64,000 bases of DNA from an uncultured Rickettsiales bacterium (GTDB taxonomy: Bacteria; Myxococcota_A; UBA796; UBA9615). The notes under the pieces were generated by a model. The model saw only the letters and a program-made list of their open reading frames with translations, was not told the origin of the DNA and did no database searches. Position numbers and translations under genes: made by a program. This document shows, one piece after another, positions 29,374 to 38,625 of this stretch (position 1 is the stretch's first letter; each line of letters begins with the position of its first letter). The stretch covers positions 1,924-65,923 of the forward strand of contig CAYQEG010000013.1 of assembly GCA_964416435.1 (NCBI GenBank), read 5' to 3'.

Positions 29374-30323
29374 CCCCCTTCGCGGCGATCCGTCGCCGCG
29401 GTGAGCCGCCGCCCCGGGCGGCGGCGATCGACCTCGGCACCAACACCGCGCTGATGACCGTCCTGGAGGCCGACGCCCTCGATCGGCGGCGCCTGCGGGT
29501 CCTCGAAGAGCTGCACGTCGTCACCGGGCTCGGCCGCGACCGCGGCCCGGACGGCGGGCTGAACCCGGTCGGTCGGACCCGCGCGATGGGGGCGCTCCGC
29601 CACTTCGCGACCCGCCTCGACGCCCTCGGGGTCCGCCCCGACTCGGTCGTCGGCGCCGCCACCGCGGCGGTCCGGGAGGCGCGCGACGGGTCCGCGTTCC
29701 TGCGTGAGGTCGGGCAGCGGGTCGGCATCGACCTCGAGACGGTGACCGGGGAGCAGGAAGCGGAGCTCGTGGCGCTGGCCCAGGAGCGCAGCTTCGGCGA
29801 CCGCCTGCCGCTGCGGGTGCTCGACATCGGCGGCGGCAGCACGGAGGTCGCGCTGCGCCGCAAGGGTCGGACGGAGTGGAAGATGTCGCTGCCGACCGGC
29901 TCGGTGAAGCTGGCCGAGCGGCTGGGCTCGGACCCGCCGCCCCTCCGGGCGGCGGTCGCCGAGGCGCTCGAAGCGCTGCCCGCCGACCGGGAGCGGGCGA
30001 CCCTGGTCGGAGTCGCGGGCACGGTCACCACGGGGCTGCAGGTCGCGCGGGCCGTCGATCCGTGGGATCCCGCCCTGGTGCACGGGCAGGTGATGGCGCG
30101 GACGGAGGTCGAAGGCGTCATCGACCGACTGGCCGCGATGAGCCCGCAGGAGCGGCGCGACGTGCCGGGGCTGCACCCCGAACGGGCGGAGCTGATCGTC
30201 GCGGGGCTGTGCCTGCTGACCGGGGTGATGGAGCGGTTCGAGGTCGACGAGGTGCTGGTGTCGGATCGGGGGGTGCGGTTCGGCCTGCTGTTCGAGCGAT
30301 GGCCGCTGACCGCCGTCCTGTGA
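29352..30323 (+). CDS. ppx: Ppx/GppA exopolyphosphatase (short form); start uncertain
   Basis: AAIDLGTNT, ATAAVREA, GEQEA, DIGGGSTE, GVAGTVT, RAELIVAG, SDRGVRFG. Confidence 0.9.
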   Translation: MGTGAPVAPFAAIRRRGEPPPRAAAIDLGTNTALMTVLEADALDRRRLRVLEELHVVTGLGRDRGPDGGLNPVGRTRAMGALRHFATRLDALGVRPDSVVGAATAAVREARDGSAFLREVGQRVGIDLETVTGEQEAELVALAQERSFGDRLPLRVLDIGGGSTEVALRRKGRTEWKMSLPTGSVKLAERLGSDPPPLRAAVAEALEALPADRERATLVGVAGTVTTGLQVARAVDPWDPALVHGQVMARTEVEGVIDRLAAMSPQERRDVPGLHPERAELIVAGLCLLTGVMERFEVDEVLVSDRGVRFGLLFERWPLTAVL

Positions 30324-30375
30324 CCCGCCACAAGTGTGTCGCCCAGGGAGCGGCCGGCCGGGGCAGGCTGTGCCC

Positions 30376-31152
30376 ATGAGAGAAGACATCGAGATCGAGA
30401 ACGACGCCTGCGCCTGGGCGGTCTGGTCCCGTGGACTCGGAGGGCGGACCTGGCCCGAGGCGGGCGACGCCCTGGCGGCGACGGCGGCCGCGGAGGCGTT
30501 CTTCGGCCTGACGCTCATCACCGACGAGGGGCTCAACGTGCGCCTGCTGGTGGGCGAGGAGCTGACCGACGTCGAGCGTCGCGGCTGGGTCGCCCAGGCG
30601 ACCAGCACGCTCGAGGTGCCCGACGGCAAGCTCGTCCTCAGCGGTGGGTTCGACCCCTCCGGCCGCGAGCCGGAGGACGACCCCTACTGCCACGTCCGAG
30701 ACGTGCGGCCGGGCCGGTATCGGCTCGACGTCTACACGTTCATGGGCTCCTGCAACGGGGTCGACGCGCTGGTCGGGGCGGCCCGGGACGAGGGCCTGGA
30801 CCTGTTGGAGTGGGCGACCCGGTCGGTGTCGCTGGACGACCCGCCGTGGTGGCTGCTCCAGATGCTGGTCGAGGACCCCCACATCGCCGAGCGGAGCCCG
30901 GAGCGCTGGCGCGACCTGGTCCGGTCGGGGCTGTGGAACCACCTGCTGCGGCAGGTCGGGTCCTACCGCCCGCTCAAGTTCATCGTGCAGCTGCGAGGCA
31001 CCGCGGCCTGGTCGAGGTTCAGTCGGCCGACGCTCACCGGCTGGACCCAGGGCGAGGTCGGCCAGCGGCTGCCCCCGACGTGCCCCCCGGACATCGGCTT
31101 CGGACCGTCGGCCGACGCGCTGCCGCCGTCGCTGGCCCGACTCGCCGGCTGA
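30376..31152 (+). CDS. Hypothetical protein
   Basis: ORF with coding-like codon bias. No recognisable motif. Confidence 0.6.
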   Translation: MREDIEIENDACAWAVWSRGLGGRTWPEAGDALAATAAAEAFFGLTLITDEGLNVRLLVGEELTDVERRGWVAQATSTLEVPDGKLVLSGGFDPSGREPEDDPYCHVRDVRPGRYRLDVYTFMGSCNGVDALVGAARDEGLDLLEWATRSVSLDDPPWWLLQMLVEDPHIAERSPERWRDLVRSGLWNHLLRQVGSYRPLKFIVQLRGTAAWSRFSRPTLTGWTQGEVGQRLPPTCPPDIGFGPSADALPPSLARLAG

Positions 31153-31205
31153 TCGCGCCGGCGCTACCGGCCGAGGAACGCCACCTCGGCCTCCGGGGGC
31201 GGGTG

Positions 31206-32153
31206 TCAGTTCCCAGCCTCCACGGGCTCGGGCCAACCCGGGCGGTCGGGCTCGACGTCGCCCGCGTGTGGCCAGTCCTCCGCGGCCTGCCGCCGCATCT
31301 CGTGGTTGAAGCCGGAGACCAGCGTCACCTCGGAGTTGAGGGGCACGACGCAGCCGTGGCTCCCGCGCACGCTCAGCCCGCTGAACGGGTCCAGGCGGCC
31401 GCCCTCGATGACGTTGTAGTACCCGATCACCTCGGTCTCCCCGAGCCTCGCCTGGTCCCTCGCCATCCGGCGGCCGCGCGTGAACTGCGCCGGTTGCACG
31501 AGCGCCGCGCGGAGCGTCTCGATGGGGACGCCGGAGCTCGCGTCGATCGCCATCGGGCGGATCGCCCAGCCGATCGACAGGAGCAGCGTCGTGACGAGCA
31601 CCGTGCGCGCGAAGAGCCGCGGCCGGTCCAGGGTTGTCGCCCTCCAACGCCGGCGCATCCGGGCGACATGGAGGGTCCAGGCTGCCGCCCCGGCGATGAG
31701 CAGAGGCGGCAGGAGACCCCAGGGCGGAACGCCGACCGCCAGGTTGCTCCAGTCGTACAGCCTCCAGGACAGCTTCCCGGGGATGTCGAGGGCCGGGAGC
31801 AGCTCCGTCAGGGAGAACGGCCCCCAGTGGCCCAGCCACGGCGGGTCGACCGTCATCCGTGGGAAGGCCGGGTGGCTGCGGAGCGTGAGCTCGATCAGGA
31901 ACGGCAACAGCGCCCCGGCGGCGACCAGCAGGACGACGAACCGATGCGCCCGCCGGACTGGATCGCCGCGGGTTCGGATCCGGCAGAGCAGCAGGCACAG
32001 CCCGACGATGCCGCCGAGCCCCAGCGCCCACGCCCCCTCGAACCGCCAGTCCAGCGTCACGGTGTCGTGGAGCACCACCAGCGCGAGCAGGCACGCCGCG
32101 AGCCTCGCAGCCCGACGCTCGCGCGCGGCCCAGGGGTGGGTCGGTGTGCTCAC
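31206..32153 (-). CDS. Hypothetical membrane protein
   Basis: About 5 hydrophobic segments. Confidence 0.55.
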   Translation of the reverse strand: MSTPTHPWAARERRAARLAACLLALVVLHDTVTLDWRFEGAWALGLGGIVGLCLLLCRIRTRGDPVRRAHRFVVLLVAAGALLPFLIELTLRSHPAFPRMTVDPPWLGHWGPFSLTELLPALDIPGKLSWRLYDWSNLAVGVPPWGLLPPLLIAGAAAWTLHVARMRRRWRATTLDRPRLFARTVLVTTLLLSIGWAIRPMAIDASSGVPIETLRAALVQPAQFTRGRRMARDQARLGETEVIGYYNVIEGGRLDPFSGLSVRGSHGCVVPLNSEVTLVSGFNHEMRRQAAEDWPHAGDVEPDRPGWPEPVEAGN

Positions 32154-32190
32154 GGAGCAACGGACAGCCGCGGGGCCGCCCGGTTCCTCG

Positions 32191-33348
32191 CTATGGGAGA
32201 CGAACCCGCTCCTCGGGGTCGGAGCGCAGGTCGTGGGTCCAGGCCCGGGGGGCGTCGAAGCGCTCGACGATGCGCTTGGTGACGCCGTCGCTCGTGCCTT
32301 CGACCCACTGGTCCGCGCGGCTGCGGGGCGTGGGGCAGCCCATGCGGGCGCTGTGGAAGTGGAAGACCCGGTCCCCCGGCACGACGGGCTCGTCGACCCC
32401 GAAGATCGCCGGCCCCAGGTCGGCCCCCGCGCAGGGCGGCGACGGCACGCCGGCGAGGCCGTGCAGCGTGGGGAAGAGGTCGAGCCCCTGGACCCGGGTC
32501 TGGAGGCGGCGAGGGCGCCGCACTCGGGCGTCGATGACGAGCAGCGGGATCCGCAGCACCTCTTCGTACAGGGTCGCGTGGTGGGCGGTGGACGCGTGGC
32601 CCACGTGGCCGTGCTCGAGCAGCTCCTCGCCGTGGTCCGACGTCAGGACGACGGACGTGGTCTCCCACAGCCCCAGCGCGTCGAGCGCGTCGAACACCCC
32701 GTCCAGCCAGCGGTTCATCTCCAGCACCCCGGCGGCGTACAGGCGGCGCACCGGGTCGGCGTCCTCGGGCAGGAGCGCGTGCTCGCCTCGGGGCACGACG
32801 AAGCCGGTGCAGACCGACGCCCTCAGCCGGTCCGGGATCCCCGCGTCGTCGATCCCCAGCGCCGCCCGGTCGGGCGCCGACGCCCAGTACGGCAGGTGCA
32901 CCCACTTGTAGTGGAACCACAGAAAGAACGGCGGCCCCCCCGCGCAGCGGCCCAGGGCCTCGACCAGCGTCGGGTCGTCGGGCCCGGCCGGGCGCGCCGG
33001 GGTCTGCTCCGGGGCGTAGCCCAGGTGCCAGTAGTTCTCGAGCTCGTTGAGGTAGCTCAGGTTCGTGGCGACGAAGCCGGCGTCGAGCAGGTCGCGAACC
33101 AGGGCCGGTCCCCCGGGGCGGGGGGTCGACCACTCGAAGTGCACCCCGTGCTCCGCCGGCGCCTGCCCCGTGAACACGCTCGCCATCGCCGGGGACGTCC
33201 AGGGCGCGTTGGCGTAGGCCCGGTCGAACCGGACCGTCCGGTCGGCGACCCGGTCCAGCGCCGGCGTCAGGCGAACCCCGGCGTGGGCGTCGACGAAGTC
33301 GGGCCGCCACGCGTCGATGGTGATCAGGACGACGTTGCGATGCGCCAA
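32191..33348 (-). CDS. Sulfatase / alkaline-phosphatase superfamily hydrolase
   Basis: NVVLITIDAWRPD, ANAPWTSPAMASVFTG, PFFLWFHY..VHLPY, LTSDHGE, LYEEVLRIPL, DLFPT, DLRSDPEE. Confidence 0.85.
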   Translation of the reverse strand: MAHRNVVLITIDAWRPDFVDAHAGVRLTPALDRVADRTVRFDRAYANAPWTSPAMASVFTGQAPAEHGVHFEWSTPRPGGPALVRDLLDAGFVATNLSYLNELENYWHLGYAPEQTPARPAGPDDPTLVEALGRCAGGPPFFLWFHYKWVHLPYWASAPDRAALGIDDAGIPDRLRASVCTGFVVPRGEHALLPEDADPVRRLYAAGVLEMNRWLDGVFDALDALGLWETTSVVLTSDHGEELLEHGHVGHASTAHHATLYEEVLRIPLLVIDARVRRPRRLQTRVQGLDLFPTLHGLAGVPSPPCAGADLGPAIFGVDEPVVPGDRVFHFHSARMGCPTPRSRADQWVEGTSDGVTKRIVERFDAPRAWTHDLRSDPEERVRLP

Positions 33349-34106
33349 CGCGCCTCCCCGGACTCGAACCGCTGGACCGCGTCGGCGTGGCCCGCGGGGA
33401 TGCCGACGTCCAGCACCGGCCCCGGCGCGGGCACCCCGAACAGCCGCTCCCGGTCCGCCAACTCCTGCAGCAGCGCGGGGATGTCCCGGTCCACCCCTCC
33501 GCGCATCCGAGCCCGGTGAGCCGTGCCCTGGACCTCGCAGAAGGTGGTGTGCCAGGGCGCGGGGCTCGCCGGGGGGGCGCCGACGCGGCCCACCGCGAGC
33601 ACCCCGTCCCGCACGACGCCGGCCACCCGGGAGGTCGACCCGTGGGTCGCGGCGACGTGCTCGGTCCGCTGCAGGACCAGGTAGGACGTCGCGTCGGCGG
33701 GGAGCCGCTCGACGGCCTGGAGCAGGCCCCTCAGCGCCCGCTGGTCCGGCAGGCAGACGTAGTCGGGGAAGACGACGGCGACGCGGTCGGCGTCCAGCGC
33801 CCGGGCCGCCCGGTCGACGGCGTCGCTCACCCCTCGGGGTTCGGGCTGGTCGACGAAGCGGACGCTGAGGTCGCCGAGCTCGGCCAACTCGCCGCACAGC
33901 CGCTCGACCGCCGCCCGGATCTTCGGCTTGCGGTCCGTCGTCACGAGCGCGACCTCGGGCACCCCCGCTGCGGCCACCTCGAGCAGCGACGCGAGCAGGA
34001 CCGGCCGCCCCGCCAGCTCCACCAGCTCCTTGGGATCGCCCCCGGTGACGCGGGCCAGGCGCACGCCGAGCCCGGCGGCGGGGATCACGACCGGGATGGA
34101 GCTCAC
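33324..34106 (-). CDS. Sugar-phosphate nucleotidyltransferase (GalU/RmlA-like)
   Basis: VIPAAGLGVRL...PKELV...GRP, FVDQPEPRGVSDAV, LDVGIP. Confidence 0.8.
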   Translation of the reverse strand: MSSIPVVIPAAGLGVRLARVTGGDPKELVELAGRPVLLASLLEVAAAGVPEVALVTTDRKPKIRAAVERLCGELAELGDLSVRFVDQPEPRGVSDAVDRAARALDADRVAVVFPDYVCLPDQRALRGLLQAVERLPADATSYLVLQRTEHVAATHGSTSRVAGVVRDGVLAVGRVGAPPASPAPWHTTFCEVQGTAHRARMRGGVDRDIPALLQELADRERLFGVPAPGPVLDVGIPAGHADAVQRFESGEARWRIATSS

Positions 34107-36874
34107 GCCGGCCCCTCCCAGCGAGGCCCCGGCACGACCCGCGTGGAGCCGTCCGCGGCGACGATCTCGAACGCCTCCGCCGACGGCGCGCTGAGGTGCA
34201 AGCGGCCAGCTGCGCGGCGGACGTCGAGCCGACCAGCCCGCGTCGGGAGGCCCCGCAGCTCCAGGTCCTGCCGCCACTCGGTCGGCGCCCCCGCGAACAG
34301 CCGGAGGCGACGGCCGAGCCGCCCGTCGGGGCCCGGGAGCTCGGTGACGAGGGCGCTCCTGAGCAGCTGGAGCAGGAGGCCGACGCCGGCCACGCAGGGC
34401 TCGCTCTGGGACAGCCGTCGGCCGGGGACGAACCCCTCGGGCAGCGCCCGCCGCCGCTCCCGCAGTGGCCCGACCTCGCGACACGTCAGCACGTCGGGAT
34501 CCAGGGTAGCGGTCACCGCGGTCCGCAGCGCTTCGCCGAACCGACGCCGGTTGCCCGCCGGCAGCCCCCCGGCGGTCAGCGGCTCACGCAGCAGGCCCAA
34601 CAGGTAGCCGATGCCGTACTGGGCGTCGACGCAGGCCCCGCCACCCCACCCGTCGAACCGGGGCAGGCCCCGGAACAGCCGGCCGCCCGCCTCGAGGTCC
34701 CGGCGAAGGCGCCGCCACAGCTCGCCCCCGAGGTCGATGACGTCGACCGGGGCGAAGAGCCCGGCGGCCATCAGCTGGTGGTAGTCGCCGGGCTCGCCAC
34801 CGCCGCTGTGCAGGGGCTGGAAGTCGGAGGTCGCGACCGCGTCGAGGGCCGCCAGCGCGAGCTCCCGATACGCCGCCGCCTCCGCCGCCAGGGCCCCGTC
34901 GCCGGTGAGCGACGCCCAGCTCCGCAGCGCCGCCGACGCGACGCAGTCCAGGTACAGCGCCTGGGTGGGGAAGCCGACGTCGCCGCCGAAGCGGTGGGGC
35001 GGGAGCAGCCCCGCGAACGTCCGGGCGCCGTCGGCGTCCGGCTCCCCGGTCGCCCCCTCGGTCCGCCGACGGGCGTCTCGGATCCAGGCGACGCAGCCGG
35101 CCACGTGGGCCCGCTCCGCCGTCGTGAGGGCGTCCAGCGAGCGACCGGCGAGCACGAGCAGCCGCTCCAGCTGCCACGGGGTCAAGGCCCGCCGCAGGTC
35201 GTGCAGGTCATGCCGGCCGTCGAGGTGCTGGTCGGTCAGCGTCGTCGCGATCCAGCTGCGCAGCGCCCGGTCGGTCGCGCCCCAGCCCGCCAGCCCGACG
35301 AGCAGCCAGTCCTCCTCCAGGCCGAACACCTCGCCGGTGTAGACCGACGGGAACAGCCCGTAGGAGACACGGCCGCCCTCGCCGACGAAGCCCGCCGCGA
35401 CCCGCAGGAGGCGTGGCAGCAGCGCCCCGAGCGGACCCGGCAGGGTCGGCGGCTCGATCCCCAGGACGCCGTCGGCCGCCGCGAGCAGCGCCGGCTCCGC
35501 TGTCTCGGGGGCCACCCAGGGCCCGGTCGGCCCGGCCCGGAGGGCCAGCTGCAGGCGAACCTCGTCGACCGAGCGCCACGACAGCCGACGCTCGTCCCCG
35601 GTCACCACCCCGTCGTCGGGCGCCGGGTCGCACCACAGGTTGACCTCGCCGCGGGCCGGCCACGCACCGTCGCGGAGCGAGAACCCCACCGTCAGCGGCC
35701 CGCCACCCCCGGACACCCGCTGGTGCAGGACGGGGGCGCCGTCAGGACCGGCGACCACCGCCGCCTCCCAGCGCCGACCGCCCCGGTGCTCCAGCACCTG
35801 CCCCGACGGGCTCAGCCGACGCGGCCCCCGCCCGTCCCCCGCCCAGGCGATGTGCAGCGCCCGGCTGTGCCGCCCGCCCCGCTGCACCACCAGGCCCCCG
35901 CCGGGCAGCGCGCCGACCCGCTCGTCGGTGCCCGGCAGGCCCAGGGTGGCCGCGAACTCGGGCGGACCGGGCTCCGCGGGCAGCGACCAGGGCGTCGGGG
36001 GGGCGCCCGCCGCCACGACGTCGCCGGCGGCGGGCGCCCCGCCCAGCAGCGCCGCCCGCGCGACGAACAGCGGGAACGGCCGCTCGAGCGGGACCGTCAC
36101 CGTGACCTCGGAGCCCTCGACCGGGGGCTCCAACCTCCAACCGGCCAGCACCCGACCCGCCACCACCCCGGCGGCGGCCGCGTCGATCGTCGCGACCGAG
36201 GCGACCGGCGCGCCGTCCACCGTCAGCCGCGCGGCGGCCAACCAGGCGCGCGCCGCGGTCGGGCTGCCGGCCTCCCCCAGCCGCAGCACCTCGACCTCCA
36301 GCCCTCCGATCGGCCCCCGCCGGCGCGCCGTCAGCCGCACCGCGTCGGCGTCGCTCAGCGAGACGTGGGTGGTCGGATCGCCGTCCGCGTGCAGCGGCAT
36401 CGTCGCTTCGCTCCAGGCCCCGAGCCGCCGCAGCTCCAGGGTCACCGGGGCCGACGCCGACGCCTTCACCGCGAGGGACTCGATCCGCAGCACGCCCGGC
36501 CACGCCTCGCTCCCCCCGCCCGCCGCCTGCTCCACCCGAACCCCCTGCCAAGGGCCCACGCACGGCGCCTCCCACAGCCGGGGCGCGGGCCCGAACTCCC
36601 CCATGGGCTGCCATGCGCCGTCCCGCAGGACCGCGAGGCGCGCCGCCCGCGGCTCGTGCCCGTCCCGGAAGACGACGCGGACCCCGACCAGCGGCACCGG
36701 CTCCGCCCAGCGACAGCCGGCCTGGTGCTCGACGTCGACGTCGTCGGCGGACCGGTAGTCGTCGTAGGCGACCTCGGGGCTGCGCGGCCCCCGGGCGGAG
36801 TACAGCGCGCGCGGGTTGCTCTGCGGCCCGTGGCTGCTCGCCACGATGACGACGTCGCGGGGCCAGTCGCTCAC
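34103..36874 (-). CDS. Large hypothetical protein, putative glycoside hydrolase/phosphorylase-like
   Basis: N-terminal discoidin-like segment. C-terminal helical domain with YGLFPSVY..EVFGLEE, GLLPPHRFGGD, EP motif and an LRLFAGAPTEW...LPTRAG tail typical of (alpha/alpha)6 GH-like proteins. Confidence 0.5.
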   Translation of the reverse strand: MSDWPRDVVIVASSHGPQSNPRALYSARGPRSPEVAYDDYRSADDVDVEHQAGCRWAEPVPLVGVRVVFRDGHEPRAARLAVLRDGAWQPMGEFGPAPRLWEAPCVGPWQGVRVEQAAGGGSEAWPGVLRIESLAVKASASAPVTLELRRLGAWSEATMPLHADGDPTTHVSLSDADAVRLTARRRGPIGGLEVEVLRLGEAGSPTAARAWLAAARLTVDGAPVASVATIDAAAAGVVAGRVLAGWRLEPPVEGSEVTVTVPLERPFPLFVARAALLGGAPAAGDVVAAGAPPTPWSLPAEPGPPEFAATLGLPGTDERVGALPGGGLVVQRGGRHSRALHIAWAGDGRGPRRLSPSGQVLEHRGGRRWEAAVVAGPDGAPVLHQRVSGGGGPLTVGFSLRDGAWPARGEVNLWCDPAPDDGVVTGDERRLSWRSVDEVRLQLALRAGPTGPWVAPETAEPALLAAADGVLGIEPPTLPGPLGALLPRLLRVAAGFVGEGGRVSYGLFPSVYTGEVFGLEEDWLLVGLAGWGATDRALRSWIATTLTDQHLDGRHDLHDLRRALTPWQLERLLVLAGRSLDALTTAERAHVAGCVAWIRDARRRTEGATGEPDADGARTFAGLLPPHRFGGDVGFPTQALYLDCVASAALRSWASLTGDGALAAEAAAYRELALAALDAVATSDFQPLHSGGGEPGDYHQLMAAGLFAPVDVIDLGGELWRRLRRDLEAGGRLFRGLPRFDGWGGGACVDAQYGIGYLLGLLREPLTAGGLPAGNRRRFGEALRTAVTATLDPDVLTCREVGPLRERRRALPEGFVPGRRLSQSEPCVAGVGLLLQLLRSALVTELPGPDGRLGRRLRLFAGAPTEWRQDLELRGLPTRAGRLDVRRAAGRLHLSAPSAEAFEIVAADGSTRVVPGPRWEGPA

Positions 36875-38625
36875 CCGACCTCCCCCAGGCCCGCGCCCCG
36901 GGCCGCCTCACCCCGCCGGTGCAGCACCACGATCGCCCAGCCGCTGGCGACGACCGCCGCCGTCGCGAGCCCGGCCGGCCAGCCCTGGCGCGCGAAGCCC
37001 TCCGCCATCGCGATCACCGCGGAGGCGCAGAACACGAACGCCGCCCCCGCGAGCAGCCACTCCGTCCGTCGCTCGGCCCGCTCCCCGTCGGACCGGTGAG
37101 TGGCGATCGGTCCCCACAGCCCCGGCGGACGCACCCGGTCGTAGAACCTCCGCAGCACCGCCTCGTCCTCCGCCGGGGTCAGGAGCGTCACCACCAGGAT
37201 GGTGCCGAGGCCGGTCACGGCGAGCACCGCGAACGACATCCAGTACGGCTGGTCCTTGAACCCCAGGGGGAACCACAGCACGTAGGCCAGCGGCACGCCG
37301 AGCACGAACGCGGCGATCTCGCCCCAGATGTTCAGCCGCCACCACGTCCAGCGAAGCAGCCCCAGGGGCAGCAGGAACAGCCCGAACACGCTGTTGATGA
37401 AGTTGAGCCAGTCGGCGTCGATCACCCCGATGAGCGCCCTGGCCCAGAGCACCGCGACGACGGTGACGCCGACGGTCGCGGCGCGGCAGAACCAGACCTG
37501 CTCCCGGGTCGACGCGTCGGGGCGCACGTGGCGGCGGTACAGGTCGTTGAACAGCCCCGCCGTCATGAAGTTGAGGTACGTGTCGATGGTCGACATGTAC
37601 CCGGCGACGATGCCGACCAGGAGCAGCCCCGTCAGCCCCGGCCCGGCGTGGTCCATCACGAGCTGGGCCCAGACCTCGGTCTCGGGCACCCGCCCGTCCG
37701 CGAAGAGCACCACGCCCGCCAGACCGATGACGATCAGCGGCGCGATCCTCACCACCAGCCCGAGCACCGCGGCGGCCATCTGGCCGATCGCCGCCTCCGT
37801 CTCGCTCTTCGCCGCGAGCGAGCGCTGCACCGACACCGACTGGGTGCCCGCGATGCCGAGCAGGCCGGCGAGCGCGAGGGCGACCACCGAGCCGGAGTCG
37901 AGCGCCCACTTGCCGTACAGCTCCGCGTTCTCGGCCGCAGAGGGCGGCAGCGGCTGCAGGAAGGCGGCCCCGCGGGTCGCCTCCACCGCGTCGAGCAGCG
38001 GACCCATGCCGCCGACGACCCCGACCACGGCGACCGCGAGGAGCACGCGGCCCAGCATCAGCAGCACGAACTGCGGCACGTCGCTCCAGGCCACCCCGAG
38101 CAGCCCCGACGTCATCGTGTAGAGCATCGACGCGCCGGCGAACACGAGCAGCACCTGGTCGGTCGACCAGTCCAGGAACGGCGCGAGCGTCTGGGCGAAG
38201 GCCTGCAGGACGTAGCCGAGGACCACCGCGGAGACGACCAGCGCCCCCCAGGCCGCCTGGAAGCCCCGGAACGCGCCGGCGGCCCGGCCGCCGTAGCGCT
38301 CCTCGAAGATCTGCCCGGGGCTGACCAGGCGCAGGCGACGCCAGTACCGCGCCCACAGGATCGCCAGCGGCATGGCGAAGATCATCGAGATCCAGAACAG
38401 GCGGTGCAGCCCCATGAAGGCGCCCGCGAACACCACGAGCACCCAGAACGCGTCCCCTCCGGCCTTGCTCGCGACGTCCGACAGCGCGATGACCCACCAG
38501 CGCAGCTTGCGGTCGGCGACGAGGTAGGACTCGGCGGAGTGGCTGGCCCGGCCCGCGAACCACAGCCCGAAGCCGATGATCCCGGCGATGTAGACGACGA
38601 TCGCGGCCCAGTCGAGGGCGTGCAC
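36871..38625 (-). CDS. Sodium:solute symporter family transporter
   Basis: LDWAAIVVY, YLVADRKLRWW, EERYGG, YTMTSGLLGVAWSD, VQRSLAAK, AGYMSTID, WWRLNIWGE, FYDRVRPPG. Confidence 0.9.
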   Translation of the reverse strand: MHALDWAAIVVYIAGIIGFGLWFAGRASHSAESYLVADRKLRWWVIALSDVASKAGGDAFWVLVVFAGAFMGLHRLFWISMIFAMPLAILWARYWRRLRLVSPGQIFEERYGGRAAGAFRGFQAAWGALVVSAVVLGYVLQAFAQTLAPFLDWSTDQVLLVFAGASMLYTMTSGLLGVAWSDVPQFVLLMLGRVLLAVAVVGVVGGMGPLLDAVEATRGAAFLQPLPPSAAENAELYGKWALDSGSVVALALAGLLGIAGTQSVSVQRSLAAKSETEAAIGQMAAAVLGLVVRIAPLIVIGLAGVVLFADGRVPETEVWAQLVMDHAGPGLTGLLLVGIVAGYMSTIDTYLNFMTAGLFNDLYRRHVRPDASTREQVWFCRAATVGVTVVAVLWARALIGVIDADWLNFINSVFGLFLLPLGLLRWTWWRLNIWGEIAAFVLGVPLAYVLWFPLGFKDQPYWMSFAVLAVTGLGTILVVTLLTPAEDEAVLRRFYDRVRPPGLWGPIATHRSDGERAERRTEWLLAGAAFVFCASAVIAMAEGFARQGWPAGLATAAVVASGWAIVVLHRRGEAARGAGLGEVG

